Source: Actinomycetota bacterium
Lineage (GTDB): Bacteria; Actinomycetota; Actinomycetes; Actinomycetales; Microbacteriaceae
Reading direction: 5' to 3'
DNA: 64,000 nucleotides
Assembly (NCBI GenBank): GCA_041176265.1
Contig: JBEDDI010000006.1
Span: 1,026 to 65,025 of the forward strand
Below are positions 1 through 10,043 of the stretch, piece by piece (the stretch's first letter is position 1; every line of letters begins with the position of its first letter). A program made the translations under genes and the position numbers. The notes beneath the pieces are model-generated. The model was not told the origin of the DNA and did not search any database. It saw nothing but the letters and a program-made list of their open reading frames with translations.

Positions 1-127
1 TGTCAGGACCGCCAAGTCGGGCAGCGACTTCGATGTTCTTGATTAGCTTGGCGAACAACTTAGCGCGCTTGGCGTCGATTGCTGCCTTCTTGTGCTTGGT
101 GGTTGCCCATTTGGAGTGACCGGACAT
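1..127 (-). CDS. yebC: YebC/PmpR-family transcriptional regulator, N-terminal part only (gene runs off the left edge)
   Basis: The reverse complement from ATG (rc of 125-127) reads [42 protein letters not shown]. This is the near-invariant N-terminus of the YebC/TACO1 family. It lies directly downstream of pdxS-pdxT. Confidence 0.85.
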   Translation of the reverse strand, partial: MSGHSKWATTKHKKAAIDAKRAKLFAKLIKNIEVAARLGGPD

Positions 128-172
128 GATGCTCCTGTAATGAATGCCTTACAGCGTTGGATTGCTTAGATT

Positions 173-760
173 CTACCGAGCACTAAGGACCATGTCGGCG
201 AATAAACGATGGATGCGGGTCTCGCCAGTGACTTCGGGATGAAAGGAAATGCCAAGCGCGTTGCCCGAGCGTGCAGCTACCACTCGGCCATCATGGAGTC
301 TTGCGAGCACCTCGACACCCTCGCCCACCTCTTCGATTACCGGGCCGCGTATAAAGGCTGCGTGGACTGGCCCATTTATGCCCGCAACGGCGAGCTCTGT
401 TTCAAAAGAGTCCAGTTGGTTACCGAAGGCATTTCGACGCACAGTGACATCCAACGCTGCCAGCGATTCCTGACCTGCGATGCCATCGGTGATCCTGGTC
501 GCAAGCAAAATTAAGCCGGCGCAAGTGCCAAAAACAGGCATTCCGGCATGAATAGCGTCGCGAAGCGGATTCCAGAGGGCGAATGACTGAGCTAACTTCT
601 GCATAGCGGTGCTTTCGCCGCCGGGGATGATGAGTCCGTCCACCTGGTGCAGTTCGCTCTCGCGGCGCACCTCGATGCCGTCGATGCCTAGGGTTTCGAG
701 GACCTGTAGGTGCTCGCGGAAGTCACCTTGCAGTGCAAGGACGCCGATTTTCAGCGACAC
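173..760 (-). CDS. pdxT: Pyridoxal 5'-phosphate synthase glutaminase subunit PdxT
   Basis: Class-I GATase with nucleophile motif FGTCAGLILLA and FHPE. The family-typical N-terminus KIGVLALQGDF follows a GTG (rc of 758-760), 19 nt after the pdxS stop. The ORF-track start at 850 would overlap pdxS by 71 nt, so the shorter start is preferred. Confidence 0.9.
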   Translation of the reverse strand: MSLKIGVLALQGDFREHLQVLETLGIDGIEVRRESELHQVDGLIIPGGESTAMQKLAQSFALWNPLRDAIHAGMPVFGTCAGLILLATRITDGIAGQESLAALDVTVRRNAFGNQLDSFETELAVAGINGPVHAAFIRGPVIEEVGEGVEVLARLHDGRVVAARSGNALGISFHPEVTGETRIHRLFADMVLSAR

Positions 761-779
761 GGTGGAATCGAAACTTGGC

Positions 780-1679
780 TTACCAGCCGCGCTCGGCGAG
801 GCGGTGTGGGGCTGGTAGATCGGATACATTGATGCCGACCATGGCCTCACCCAGACCGCGGCTTACCTCTGCCAACACGGCTGGGTCGTTGTAGAAAGTC
901 GTTGCCTTGACGATGGCCTTTGCACGCGCAACAGGGTCACCCGACTTGAAGATTCCCGACCCGACGAACACGCCATCGGCGCCTAGCTGCATCATCATCG
1001 CGGCATCTGCTGGTGTTGCCACGCCACCGGCGACAAACATCACGACAGGCAGCTTGCCGGTCTTGGCGACTTCGCGCACGAGTTCATAGGGTGCCTGGAG
1101 CTCCTTGGCAGCGACGTAGAGCTCGTCCTCGGTCTTGGCTGCCAGGGCACGAATCTCGGCCGAGATCGTGCGGATGTGCTTGGTTGCTTCCGATACATCA
1201 CCAGTGCCGGCCTCGCCCTTAGAGCGAATCATCGCAGCACCTTCAGTGACGCGACGCAGAGCCTCGCCAAGGTTGGTTGCTCCACAGACGAATGGCACCT
1301 TGAAGTTCCACTTGTCGATGTGGTTGACGTAGTCGGCAGGGCTGAGAACTTCTGACTCGTCGATGTAGTCGACACCGAGCTGCTGAAGAACCTGCGCCTC
1401 GACAAAGTGGCCGATGCGGGCCTTTGCCATAACTGGAATGGACACCGCATTGATAATGCCGTCAATCATGTCTGGGTCGCTCATGCGCGACACGCCACCC
1501 TGTGCGCGAATGTCGGCTGGAACGCGCTCTAGTGCCATGACGGCGACTGCGCCTGCGTCTTCTGCAATCTTGGCCTGCTCCACCGTGACGACGTCCATGA
1601 TGACGCCTCCCTTGAGCATTTCGGCGAGGCCGCGCTTGACTAGCTGGGTTCCTGTTGAGGGCTTGTTGGTCTCAGTCAT
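780..1679 (-). CDS. pdxS: Pyridoxal 5'-phosphate synthase lyase subunit PdxS
   Basis: 299 aa. Contains [24 protein letters not shown] and [11 protein letters not shown], typical of PdxS/SNZ. Paired with pdxT. Confidence 0.95.
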   Translation of the reverse strand: MTETNKPSTGTQLVKRGLAEMLKGGVIMDVVTVEQAKIAEDAGAVAVMALERVPADIRAQGGVSRMSDPDMIDGIINAVSIPVMAKARIGHFVEAQVLQQLGVDYIDESEVLSPADYVNHIDKWNFKVPFVCGATNLGEALRRVTEGAAMIRSKGEAGTGDVSEATKHIRTISAEIRALAAKTEDELYVAAKELQAPYELVREVAKTGKLPVVMFVAGGVATPADAAMMMQLGADGVFVGSGIFKSGDPVARAKAIVKATTFYNDPAVLAEVSRGLGEAMVGINVSDLPAPHRLAERGW

Positions 1680-1688
1680 GTGACCAGT

Positions 1689-2237
1689 CTAAACCTTGCC
1701 GAACAGGTCGTTCCATCCCTGTGCGATGTCTGATCGAACTTCACCGAGAAGTCGCGGCAGAGCCTTGGTTTCGGCGATGATCGGGAAGAAATTAGCATCG
1801 TTGCGCCAACGCGGCACCACGTGCTGATGCAGGTGGCCAGCGATACCGGCGCCGGCCACCTCGCCCTGGTTCATGCCGATGTTGAACCCGTGCGACCCTG
1901 AAACTTTCTTGAGAACTCGCATGGCTTGTTGCGTGAGCAAGCCGATTTCCGCAACCTCATGGGGCGTGGCCTCGTCATAGGTGCCGATATGCCGATACGG
2001 GCACACGAGCAGGTGGCCGCTGTTGTAAGGGAAAAGATTTAGCAAGACATACGCTGTCTCGCCCCTGCGAACGATCAGTGCATCCTCATCGGGATTCTCC
2101 GGACCAAGGCAAAACGGACAAAGATGCGCCTCGGGCTGTTGGCCGTGCTGAATGTATGCGAGACGATGCGGGGTCCAGAGATGTTGGAACGCGTTTGGCG
2201 CACCGGCGATCTGCCAAGAACCCTGCACATCGACCAC
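1689..2237 (-). CDS. HIT-family protein (GalT-like / Ap4A phosphorylase-type)
   Basis: 182 aa. Histidine triad GHLHQHVVPRW and N-terminal FQHLWTPHRLAYI. Starts 2 nt after the thrS stop, so probably co-transcribed (the same pairing is seen in mycobacteria). Confidence 0.85.
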   Translation of the reverse strand: MVDVQGSWQIAGAPNAFQHLWTPHRLAYIQHGQQPEAHLCPFCLGPENPDEDALIVRRGETAYVLLNLFPYNSGHLLVCPYRHIGTYDEATPHEVAEIGLLTQQAMRVLKKVSGSHGFNIGMNQGEVAGAGIAGHLHQHVVPRWRNDANFFPIIAETKALPRLLGEVRSDIAQGWNDLFGKV

Positions 2238-2239
2238 TG

Positions 2240-4243
2240 CTAGACCTGCGCCTTGCTTTCGATTGCCTCAAGAATTCGCGCGACTGCTTGATCGACAGGG
2301 ATGCCGTTCTCTTGCGAACCATCGCGGAAACGGAAACTTACCGCGCCGTTGTCGCGATCTTGTCCTCCAGCAATGAGCATGAATGGAACCTTGGCCTTCG
2401 TGTGGTTCAAGATCTTCTTTTGCATGCGGTCGTCAGACGCATCAACGCTTACGCGCACACCCTTGGCGCGCAACAGTGCGGCAATCTCGTCGAGGTAGTC
2501 GGCGAACTCGTTCGCGACAGGCACGCCAACGACCTGTACCGGCGCGAGCCAAGGCGGGAAGTGACCGGCGTAGTGCTCCGTGAGCACGCCGAAGAATCTC
2601 TCTACCGAACCGAACAGAGCGCGGTGAATCATGACCGGACGCTGACGGCTACCGTCAGGCGATGTGTATTCGAGGTCGAATCGTTCTGGCAAGTTGAAGT
2701 CGAGCTGGATGGTCGACATCTGCCAAGTCCTGCCGATGGCGTCGCGTGCCTGAACCGAGATCTTCGGGCCATAGAAAGCCGCGCCACCCGGGTCTGGCAC
2801 CAGTTCTAGTCCAGAATCCGTGGCTACCTTCTGCAGCGTGCTGGTGGCGCGCTGCCAGATCTCGTCTGCGCCAACGAACTTAGGGTTCCCGTCTTCCTTT
2901 GTTGAGAGCTCCAAGTAGAAGTCATTGAGGCCGTAGTCGCGCAGCAGGCCGAGCACGAAACCTAGAACGTTGGTGAGTTCGGCTTCCATCTGGTCCGGTG
3001 TGACGAACAGGTGGGCGTCATCCTGAGTCATTCCGCGCACTCGAGTAAGACCATGCAATACGCCTGACTTCTCATAGCGGTAAACCGAGCCAAACTCGAA
3101 TAGGCGCATGGGGAGCTCGCGATAGGAGCGCGACTGCGACTTGAAGACGAGAATGTGGAATGGGCAGTTCATTGGCTTCAGGTAGTAATCCTGGCCCTGC
3201 TTCGTAACGTTGCCCTCGTGATCGCATTCCTGATCGAGTTTCATCGGTGGGAACATGCCGTCGGCATACCACGCAAGGTGCCCCGAGGTCTCGAACAGGT
3301 TGCTCTTGGTGATATGTGGCGAATAGACGAACTCGTAGCCCGATTCTTCGTGGCGCTTACGGCTGTAGTCCTCCATAACCCGACGCATGACTCCACCCTT
3401 CGGATGGAATACTGCTAGGCCAGAACCGATCTCCTCGGGGAACGAGAAGAGGTCGAGTTCCTGGCCGAGCTTGCGGTGATCGCGCCGAGCCGCCTCCTCT
3501 AGCCGTTCCTGATGTGCCTTCAGATCCTCTTTGTTCGCCCAGGCCGTTCCATAGATGCGCTGAAGCTGTTTGTTGTTCTCGTTGCCGCGCCAATAGGCGG
3601 CTGCTACGCGCGTTAGCGAGTACGCACTGCCCACGGTTCGCGTGCTGGGAACATGCGGGCCTCGGCAAAGGTCCTTCCAAACCGTTTCGCCGGTCTGAGG
3701 GTCAACGTTGTCATAGATCGTCAGTTCGCCCGCGCCAACCTCGGCAGCACCGTCCCCAAGATCTGCTGCGTTGCCTTTTAGGCCAATCAACTCGATCTTG
3801 TATGGCTCGTTCGCCAGTTCGATTGCTGCATCGGCTTCGGTGGTAGCGCGTCGCATGAACCGTTGGCCCGACTGAACGATGCGGTTCATCTGCTTTTCGA
3901 TAGCGCGCAATTCCTCGGGGGTGAACGGGTTTTCGACGTCGAAGTCGTAGTAAAAGCCATCCTTGATGGCCGGGCCGATGCCGAGACGTGCTTCGGGGCG
4001 GAGACTTTGCACCGCCTGGGCGAGCACGTGTGCCGTGGAGTGACGCAAAATTGCTAGACCGTCAGCCGAGTCGATGGCAACGCCTTCGACGACGTCCCCG
4101 TCGAGAGGCTGGTAAGCCAGATCGCGGAGTTCGTCGTTCACGCGCAATGCGACGATGGACTTATCGACGAAGAGCTTGAAACCGTCGGTACCGGCTTCGA
4201 TGCTTTGACTTGCTCCAGCAAGGGTGATGTTTATAAGCGACAC
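2240..4243 (-). CDS. thrS: Threonine--tRNA ligase
   Basis: 667 aa. Editing-domain [11 protein letters not shown], class-II motifs [13 protein letters not shown] and [11 protein letters not shown], and a C-terminal anticodon-binding domain. Confidence 0.96.
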   Translation of the reverse strand: MSLINITLAGASQSIEAGTDGFKLFVDKSIVALRVNDELRDLAYQPLDGDVVEGVAIDSADGLAILRHSTAHVLAQAVQSLRPEARLGIGPAIKDGFYYDFDVENPFTPEELRAIEKQMNRIVQSGQRFMRRATTEADAAIELANEPYKIELIGLKGNAADLGDGAAEVGAGELTIYDNVDPQTGETVWKDLCRGPHVPSTRTVGSAYSLTRVAAAYWRGNENNKQLQRIYGTAWANKEDLKAHQERLEEAARRDHRKLGQELDLFSFPEEIGSGLAVFHPKGGVMRRVMEDYSRKRHEESGYEFVYSPHITKSNLFETSGHLAWYADGMFPPMKLDQECDHEGNVTKQGQDYYLKPMNCPFHILVFKSQSRSYRELPMRLFEFGSVYRYEKSGVLHGLTRVRGMTQDDAHLFVTPDQMEAELTNVLGFVLGLLRDYGLNDFYLELSTKEDGNPKFVGADEIWQRATSTLQKVATDSGLELVPDPGGAAFYGPKISVQARDAIGRTWQMSTIQLDFNLPERFDLEYTSPDGSRQRPVMIHRALFGSVERFFGVLTEHYAGHFPPWLAPVQVVGVPVANEFADYLDEIAALLRAKGVRVSVDASDDRMQKKILNHTKAKVPFMLIAGGQDRDNGAVSFRFRDGSQENGIPVDQAVARILEAIESKAQV

Positions 4244-4366
4244 TTTGGTTCTCCGTAGGTCAATTGCGCAGACACGAGTCTACCTTCGAGCGCGCGCTGG
4301 AAGGGCAGGCGCACGGCGCGACACTAAGGGCTACCTTGCTGGAATGGCTCTCGATTCAGGGGTATT

Positions 4367-5119
4367 TTGGCAACCATGCCTAAGAAGATTGACCCAATCG
4401 ACGACCAATTGATTACCGACGTCGAGTTTCAAAAGAGCGCGATGGCGCACAAGTTGAACTGGCTCCGTGCCGGTGTGCTTGGAGCAAATGATGGCATCGT
4501 GTCTACCGCCGGCCTTATTTTCGGCGTGGCTGGAGCAACCTCGGACACTTCGACAATTCTGGTCGCCGGTGTGGCAGCTATGGTGGCGGGATCAATCTCG
4601 ATGGCTGGCGGCGAATACACATCGGTGAGCGCTCAGCGCGACAGCGAAGTAGCCGCGATCGCACAGGAGAAGCGAGAACTCGAGGAACAGCCCGAGATGG
4701 AGTTGCGCGAACTCGCCTGGTTTTATGAGCAGAAGGGCCTGTCGAGTGAGCTGGCTAGTCAAGTAGCGGTTGAACTCACCGCCAAAGATGCGCTCAAGGC
4801 TCACGCTGAAGCGGAACTAGGAATAAGCCATGACGAACACGTGAGCCCAACCGCGGCAGCCGTCTCATCGTTCGTCGCATTCGCCGCAGGTTCGGCGCTG
4901 CCACTCCTTACGGCTACCGCTATCCCTTGGCCCGACATCCGTATCCCAGCAACAATCGTCGCGGTCGCCGCTTCCCTCGCCCTGACTGGTTATGTAGCGT
5001 CGCGCATTGGTGGTTCAAAGCCACTGCGAGCCGTTATTCGCAATGTTGCCGTGAGCTTGCTGACCATGGGTATCACGTACGCAATCGGCTCGCTGGTCGG
5101 TCACTCGATCGCCGGCTAG
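4367..5119 (+). CDS. VIT1/CCC1-family iron/manganese transporter
   Basis: 250 aa. Signature LNWLRAGVLGANDGIVSTAGL, a central acidic helix and C-terminal TM helices. Confidence 0.8.
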   Translation: MATMPKKIDPIDDQLITDVEFQKSAMAHKLNWLRAGVLGANDGIVSTAGLIFGVAGATSDTSTILVAGVAAMVAGSISMAGGEYTSVSAQRDSEVAAIAQEKRELEEQPEMELRELAWFYEQKGLSSELASQVAVELTAKDALKAHAEAELGISHDEHVSPTAAAVSSFVAFAAGSALPLLTATAIPWPDIRIPATIVAVAASLALTGYVASRIGGSKPLRAVIRNVAVSLLTMGITYAIGSLVGHSIAG

Positions 5120-5122
5120 CCT

Positions 5123-6652
5123 TTGGTGTCAAACGCGCACTATTCCGACCTTGGGAAAAGTAGACTCGAAGACGTGGCTAAAGTTCAAAAGTACGACGTA
5201 GTTCTTATCGGTGGCGGCATCATGAGTGCAACCCTTGGCACCCTGTTGAAATCGCTCAAGCCAGACCTCAGCATCAAGTTGATTGAGCGCCTGGGTGATG
5301 TTGCGCTCGAGAGCTCTAACCCCTGGAACAACGCCGGCACGGGGCACGCAGCTCTTTGCGAGCTTAACTACATGCCCGACTCTAAAGATGGCTCATTGCC
5401 TGATCCCGCCAAGGCCATCCAAATCAACGAACAGTTCCAGCTCTCGCGACAGTTCTGGGCGCACCTGGTGCGCGAAGGCGTCCTCGAAGAGCCCAAGACT
5501 TTCATCAACTCGACACCCCACATGACTTTTGTTCGCGGTGCAAAGGATGTCGACTACCTAACTCGGCGCTATCAAGCCCTGCGAAACGAACCCCTGTTCG
5601 CCGGCATCGAATTCAGCTCTGACATCGATCAAATTGCCAAGTGGACTCCCCTGATTGCCAAGGGTCGCGACAAATCCGAAGTCGTGGCCGCCACACGCAT
5701 CGATTCGGGCACCGACGTCGACTTCGGTTCGGTTACCCGTCAACTGATTGCGCACCTTGCCGCAGCAGGTGTTGAGATTCAAACCGGTGCAGAGGTTCGT
5801 GGACTGAAGCGGACCGGCAAGACCTGGACTATGCGCGTCAAGAATTTGCGTAGCGAAGCGAGTGAGCGCGTTGAGGCCGGCTTCGTTTTCGTCGGTGCTG
5901 GCGGTTGGGCACTGAAACTCTTGCAGCGTTCAGGAATCGCAGAGGCGAAGGGCTATGGCACCTTCCCGGTTTCAGGCGAATTCCTGCAAACCACTAATCC
6001 AAAGGTTGTAGCTCAGCACAACGCCAAGGTCTACAGCCAGGCTGCGGTGGGCGCTCCACCGATGTCTGTCCCTCACCTAGACACCCGAGTCGTTGATGGG
6101 AAGAAGACTCTGCTGTTTGGCCCATACGCCGGCCTCAACCCCAAATTCTTGAAACAAGGATCGATTCTCGATCTGCCATTATCGGTTCGCTTCGGCAACC
6201 TCATCCCATACCTGTCTGTGGCCGTATCGAACCTGGGGCTTATCAAGTACTTGCTTAACGAAATTACGAAGTCCAAGGCAGCGAAGTTCGCCGCCCTTCA
6301 GGAGTTCGTCCCAGAGGCCAACCCGGCCGACTGGCAGGTCATAGTTGCAGGTCAACGTGCTCAGGTCATCAAGAAAGATGCCAAGAAGGGCGGAGTGCTG
6401 CAGTTCGGCACCGAGGTTGTCGCAGCTTCGGACGGCTCGATCGCCGGCCTGCTAGGCGCATCGCCAGGCGCTTCGACCGCTGTTTTCATCATGATCGAGG
6501 TCCTGAAGAAGGCCTATCCGAACGAGTTCAAGTCGTGGGAGCCAAAGCTCCGCAAGATGATGCCCGGTTACGGCATTGCTCTGAACAAGGATGCGAAACT
6601 GGCAGCGAAGCTACTTGATGACACAGCCAAGACGCTGAAGCTGACCGCATAA
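5123..6652 (+). CDS. mqo: Malate:quinone oxidoreductase
   Basis: 509 aa. FAD-binding [15 protein letters not shown], then [15 protein letters not shown], typical of Mqo. The start is uncertain: TTG at 5123 or in-frame GTG at 5174. Confidence 0.9.
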   Translation: MVSNAHYSDLGKSRLEDVAKVQKYDVVLIGGGIMSATLGTLLKSLKPDLSIKLIERLGDVALESSNPWNNAGTGHAALCELNYMPDSKDGSLPDPAKAIQINEQFQLSRQFWAHLVREGVLEEPKTFINSTPHMTFVRGAKDVDYLTRRYQALRNEPLFAGIEFSSDIDQIAKWTPLIAKGRDKSEVVAATRIDSGTDVDFGSVTRQLIAHLAAAGVEIQTGAEVRGLKRTGKTWTMRVKNLRSEASERVEAGFVFVGAGGWALKLLQRSGIAEAKGYGTFPVSGEFLQTTNPKVVAQHNAKVYSQAAVGAPPMSVPHLDTRVVDGKKTLLFGPYAGLNPKFLKQGSILDLPLSVRFGNLIPYLSVAVSNLGLIKYLLNEITKSKAAKFAALQEFVPEANPADWQVIVAGQRAQVIKKDAKKGGVLQFGTEVVAASDGSIAGLLGASPGASTAVFIMIEVLKKAYPNEFKSWEPKLRKMMPGYGIALNKDAKLAAKLLDDTAKTLKLTA

Positions 6653-6677
6653 GCCACAATCGCCGAACAAAAAGCAG

Positions 6678-6706
6678 AAAGCCCTCGGGATAACCGAGGG
6701 CTTTTT
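6678..6706. terminator. Bidirectional intrinsic terminator between mqo and the tRNA operon
   Basis: Stem GCCCTCGG / loop GATAA / stem CCGAGGGC. It is flanked by AAA on the left and TTTTT on the right, so a U-tract follows the hairpin on both strands. It lies 25 nt after the mqo stop and 1-2 nt from the tRNA-Val 3' end. Confidence 0.8.
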
Positions 6707-6707
6707 C

Positions 6708-6782
6708 TGGTGGTCGATACTGGGATCGAACCAGTGACCCCTTCCATGTCAAGGAAGTGCGCTACCGCTGCGCCAATCGACC
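6708..6782 (-). tRNA. tRNA-Val (anticodon GAC), CCA encoded
   Basis: Acceptor GGTCGAT/ATCGACC, T-arm ACTGG-TTCGATC-CCAGT, anticodon arm CTTCC-TTGACAT-GGAAG, 3' ACCA. Confidence 0.9.
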
Positions 6783-6813
6783 GTGCGCTCAATACCGAAG
6801 TGTTGAGGTTGTT

Positions 6814-6891
6814 TGGAGGTGGAGACGGGATTTGAACCCGTGGTTATACAGCTTTGCAGGCTGCTGCTTTGGGCCGCTCAGCCACTCCACC
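6814..6891 (-). tRNA. tRNA-Cys (anticodon GCA), CCA encoded
   Basis: Acceptor GGTGGAG/CTCCACC with discriminator U73 (a Cys identity element). T-arm ACGGG-TTCAAAT-CCCGT and anticodon loop CTGCAAA. The ends are good to about 1-2 nt. Confidence 0.85.
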
Positions 6892-6920
6892 GTGCTGGGC
6901 ATAGGCATTACGCCAATCCG

Positions 6921-6993
6921 AGCGGATGACGAGATTCGAACTCGCGACCCTCACCTTGGCAAGGTGATGCTCTACCAACTGAGCCACATCCGC
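6921..6993 (-). tRNA. tRNA-Gly (anticodon GCC)
   Basis: The reverse complement reads GCGGATGTGGCTCAGTTGGTAGAGCATCACCTTGCCAAGGTGAGGGTCGCGAGTTCGAATCTCGTCATCCGCT, with anticodon loop TTGCCAA. CCA is not encoded. Confidence 0.92.
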
Positions 6994-7018
6994 GTTGCCT
7001 TCTTTCGAAGACTTCACC

Positions 7019-7047
7019 ACTATACGCGATTCAGAAATTGATTGCAA
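7019..7047 (-). promoter_or_regulatory. Putative SigA-type promoter of the Gly-Cys-Val tRNA operon
   Basis: On the minus strand: TTGCAA (7042-7047), a 17-nt spacer, then TATAGT (7019-7024). It ends about 25 nt upstream of the tRNA-Gly 5' end. Confidence 0.45.
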
Positions 7048-7094
7048 ACCGTTGCGACACGGCGCTTTCGACTCAACGCATAGACTCGTGAACT

Positions 7095-7343
7095 ATGAAT
7101 CCATCCGAGTTTGGAACCGGCTCACCGGGCGAGGTGGCCCTCGCCTACCTGTTCACCATCCTGCTCTTTGGAATGTTCTTCGCGGCCATCCTGGTGCCAC
7201 TTTTTTGGATTGGCAGCAATATTCGCGAACGCTGGCACGACTACGAGCCCAGCAAGCGATTCAAGGTTGTCGCCTACTCTGTGCTGACCCTCGCAGCACT
7301 GGGGCTCTTGCTCTGGCGCGGTGCTATGCCAAGCAACTTCTAG
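7095..7343 (+). CDS. Small hypothetical membrane protein (two predicted TM helices)
   Basis: 82 aa. Hydrophobic stretches ALAYLFTILLFGMFFAAILVPLFWIG and VVAYSVLTLAALGLLLW. Its stop shares a CTAG with the convergent amt gene. No family recognised. Confidence 0.4.
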   Translation: MNPSEFGTGSPGEVALAYLFTILLFGMFFAAILVPLFWIGSNIRERWHDYEPSKRFKVVAYSVLTLAALGLLLWRGAMPSNF

Positions 7344-8632
7344 CCCCGCCAGCTCCAACGCGGATCGGCCTGCGAGTAGGCCGTTTCGCCGTGTTGGACT
7401 GCATCGATGCCCGCGATCTCGTCGGTACTAGTAACACGCATGCCGATTGTGCGCTGAATTACCAAACCAACCGCATAGCTGATGGCGAACGCGTAACTGC
7501 CTACCACCAAGACGCCAATCGCTTGCTTTCCGAGTTGAAGCGCTCCGGCGCCGAACGCCAAGCCGACAGCGTTGCCGGCCAGGTCGTGCCCAAAGACCCC
7601 GATCCACAGCGTGCCTACGATTCCGCCAACCATGTGAATGCCAACTACATCGAGTGAATCGTCAAATCCGAGAAGGTACTTCAACTCGATGGCTAGACCG
7701 CAGATAACACCGACGGCCGCCCCCAAAGCCAGGGCCCAAACTGGGTCGAGATAGGCGCAGGAAGGTGTGATGGCTACTAGCCCGGCGACCGCACCCGAGG
7801 CTGCGCCAATCGACGTTGGCTTACCGTGCGCAATTCGCTCATAAAGCGCCCAAGACAACATGCCGCCTACGCCTGCTGCAAGCGTATTCACGAAGGCGAC
7901 GGCTGCCGTTCCATCCGCTGCCAGCTCCGATCCGGCGTTGAAGCCAAACCAGCCAAACCAGAGGATGCCGACGCCGATAAGCACCAGTGGCACGTTGTGC
8001 GGGGCGTGCATGCCCTTGGTGAAGCCGAAGCGCTTTCCGACGACGAGCGCGAGGGCCAGCGCAGAGGCGCCACTGGCCACCTCCACGACCGTACCGCCGG
8101 CGAAGTCGAGCAGTCCAAGGTTGTAAACGAGCCAGCCACCGTCAGTGATGACGCCTTCATCTACCGAGAAGTTGAAGACCCAGCCCGCGACCGGAAAATA
8201 AACAAGTGCCGCCCACACGGCCGCAAATAGCATCCAGGCTCCGAACTTGACGCGGTCTGCTACTGCACCGCTGATTAGGGCCACGGTGATGATGGCGAAC
8301 GTGCCTTGGAACCCCACGAACGCGAGGGCGCTACCGTCACCCGAAGTACGTGCCGAATCGGTGACTGCCTGCAGGAAGAGGTTGTCTAGGTTTATGCCAA
8401 AGACGCCGTCCCAGCCAACGAACGTTGCGTTACTGGCCCCGGAAAACGCCATTGCGTAGCCGAAAGCGACCCACATGGTGCCAACGAGAGCCAAAGATCC
8501 GAAGCTCATCATGATCATCGAAACGACACTCGATGCGCGCACCAAACCGCCGTAGAAGAAGGCGAGACCTGGCGTCATGAACAAAACCATCGCCGAGCAA
8601 ATGATCAGAAACATCGTGTTGTCAGAATTCAT
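7340..8632 (-). CDS. amt: Ammonium transporter (Amt/Mep/Rh family), Glu-His pore variant
   Basis: 430 aa. Contains TPGLAFFYGG, FGWFGFNAGSE and DVVGIHMVGG. The first twin-His position reads DFAGGTVVEVASG, with Glu184 (GAG, rc of 8081-8083). Confidence 0.93.
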   Translation of the reverse strand: MNSDNTMFLIICSAMVLFMTPGLAFFYGGLVRASSVVSMIMMSFGSLALVGTMWVAFGYAMAFSGASNATFVGWDGVFGINLDNLFLQAVTDSARTSGDGSALAFVGFQGTFAIITVALISGAVADRVKFGAWMLFAAVWAALVYFPVAGWVFNFSVDEGVITDGGWLVYNLGLLDFAGGTVVEVASGASALALALVVGKRFGFTKGMHAPHNVPLVLIGVGILWFGWFGFNAGSELAADGTAAVAFVNTLAAGVGGMLSWALYERIAHGKPTSIGAASGAVAGLVAITPSCAYLDPVWALALGAAVGVICGLAIELKYLLGFDDSLDVVGIHMVGGIVGTLWIGVFGHDLAGNAVGLAFGAGALQLGKQAIGVLVVGSYAFAISYAVGLVIQRTIGMRVTSTDEIAGIDAVQHGETAYSQADPRWSWRG

Positions 8633-8659
8633 AGCTTCTCTCTAGTTAACGCGCGGAAA

Positions 8660-8683
8660 GGGATGAGCCGTTAGGCCCATCCC
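8660..8683 (-). terminator. Intercistronic stem-loop between the two amt genes (possible partial terminator or processing site)
   Basis: Minus strand: GGGATGGGCC-TAAC-GGCTCATCCC (10 bp including one G-U pair), followed by TTTCC. It lies in the 71-nt amt-amt gap. Confidence 0.35.
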
Positions 8684-8703
8684 AAACCGCTACTTCCTTG
8701 TAG

Positions 8704-9972
8704 CTACCCTCGGTCGTTACCGAAAGCGTATGCCTCTTCACCGTGAACGACAGTGTCGATACCGGCGATTTCATCCTCAGCCTTGACTCGGAAACCGATA
8801 GTTTTTTCAACCGCGAATCCGATGATCAACGCAAGCACGAAGGAATAGACGAGTACCGCGCCGGCGCCAAGCGCCTGCATGGCGAACTGGTGCCATCCGA
8901 AGCCAAATGCAGCACCCACGTTGTTTCCGAAGATTCCGATGAACAGCGTGCCGACAATGCCGCCCACGAGGTGAATACCCACGACATCGAGAGAATCATC
9001 AAACCCGAGCGCGAACTTGAGGTCGACAGCCAGTGCGCAGAGCGCTCCTGCAAGTACACCGAGCACGATTGCCCAAACTGGGTCAAGGCTTGCGCAAGCT
9101 GGCGTAATCGCAACAAGGCCCGCGACAGCTCCAGAACCGGCACCGATTGAGGTTGCCTTACCGTGCTTGATCTTCTCTACGGCGATCCAACCCAACATGG
9201 CTGCGGCAGGTGCCGCCAAGGTGTTGATGAAAGCGATAGAAGCTAGACCATCAGCCGCAAGCTCAGAGCCCGCGTTGAAACCGAACCACCCGAACCACAG
9301 AAGTGACACGCCGAGCAGCGTGAGTGGCACGTTGTGTGGCTGTGTGATCCCCTTACTGAAACCAAAACGCTTGCCGAGAACGATGGCTAGCGCTAATCCG
9401 GCAGCACCGGCGTTGATGTGCACAGCCGTACCACCAGCGAAGTCGATCACGCCGAGACCGTATACGATCCAGCCACCATCAACGACCTTGCCATCTTCGA
9501 GGGTGAAGTTGAAGACCCAGTTGGCGACTGGGAAGTAAACGATTGTCGCCCAAAGACCAGCGAACACCATCCATGCGCCAAACTTTGCTCGGTCGGCAAT
9601 TGCGCCAGAGATTAGTGCCACGGTGATGATCGCGAATGTTGCCTGGAATGCCACAAAAGCCATTGACGGGTAGGAAAGAGCTGGATCTGCCGCATCGGCA
9701 ACCTGCGCGGACAGCCCTAGGTACGAAGTGTCGATGCCAAACCAGCCGTCAATTCCAAAGAAGGTGTCGGTTCCTTCGTTCGCGAATGCAATCGCATACC
9801 CGTAAAGAATCCATAGGACCGCAATCAGGCCGAGCGATCCGAAGCTCAGCATCATCATGCTCACGACACTCTTGGCCTTGACCATGCCGCCGTAGAAGAA
9901 CGCCAACCCTGGCGTCATTAGCAGCACGAGTGCTGCCGAAATCAGCACGAATGCCGTGTTTCCTTGATCCAC
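8704..9972 (-). CDS. amt: Ammonium transporter (Amt/Mep/Rh family), canonical twin-His
   Basis: 422 aa. DFAGGTAVHINAG with His185 (CAC, rc of 9418-9420), plus FGWFGFNAGSE and DVVGIHLVGG. Confidence 0.95.
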   Translation of the reverse strand: MDQGNTAFVLISAALVLLMTPGLAFFYGGMVKAKSVVSMMMLSFGSLGLIAVLWILYGYAIAFANEGTDTFFGIDGWFGIDTSYLGLSAQVADAADPALSYPSMAFVAFQATFAIITVALISGAIADRAKFGAWMVFAGLWATIVYFPVANWVFNFTLEDGKVVDGGWIVYGLGVIDFAGGTAVHINAGAAGLALAIVLGKRFGFSKGITQPHNVPLTLLGVSLLWFGWFGFNAGSELAADGLASIAFINTLAAPAAAMLGWIAVEKIKHGKATSIGAGSGAVAGLVAITPACASLDPVWAIVLGVLAGALCALAVDLKFALGFDDSLDVVGIHLVGGIVGTLFIGIFGNNVGAAFGFGWHQFAMQALGAGAVLVYSFVLALIIGFAVEKTIGFRVKAEDEIAGIDTVVHGEEAYAFGNDRG

Positions 9973-10043
9973 TTGTTTACCTCTCTCTAAGAAAACAAAT
10001 AGCGCCGGTGTATCCGGTCACAATGCAATCTTGAGAGGCGAAA

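Noticed and set aside
2078-2809. 243-aa plus-strand ORF overlapping the HIT gene and the thrS 3' end
   Set aside because: It is antisense to two well-supported genes, and its Arg-rich composition is typical of out-of-frame GC-rich DNA.
4244-4366. Possible Mn/Fe riboswitch (yybP-ykoY) or IdeR/DtxR iron box in the thrS / VIT-transporter divergent region
   Set aside because: I found only a partial TAGGT...ACCT resemblance and none of the conserved yybP-ykoY core. That is insufficient to call without a covariance-model scan.
6995-7657. 220-aa plus-strand ORF starting at the tRNA-Gly edge
   Set aside because: It runs through the tRNA promoter region, out of frame with the small membrane ORF, and then antisense into amt. 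No coding signal.
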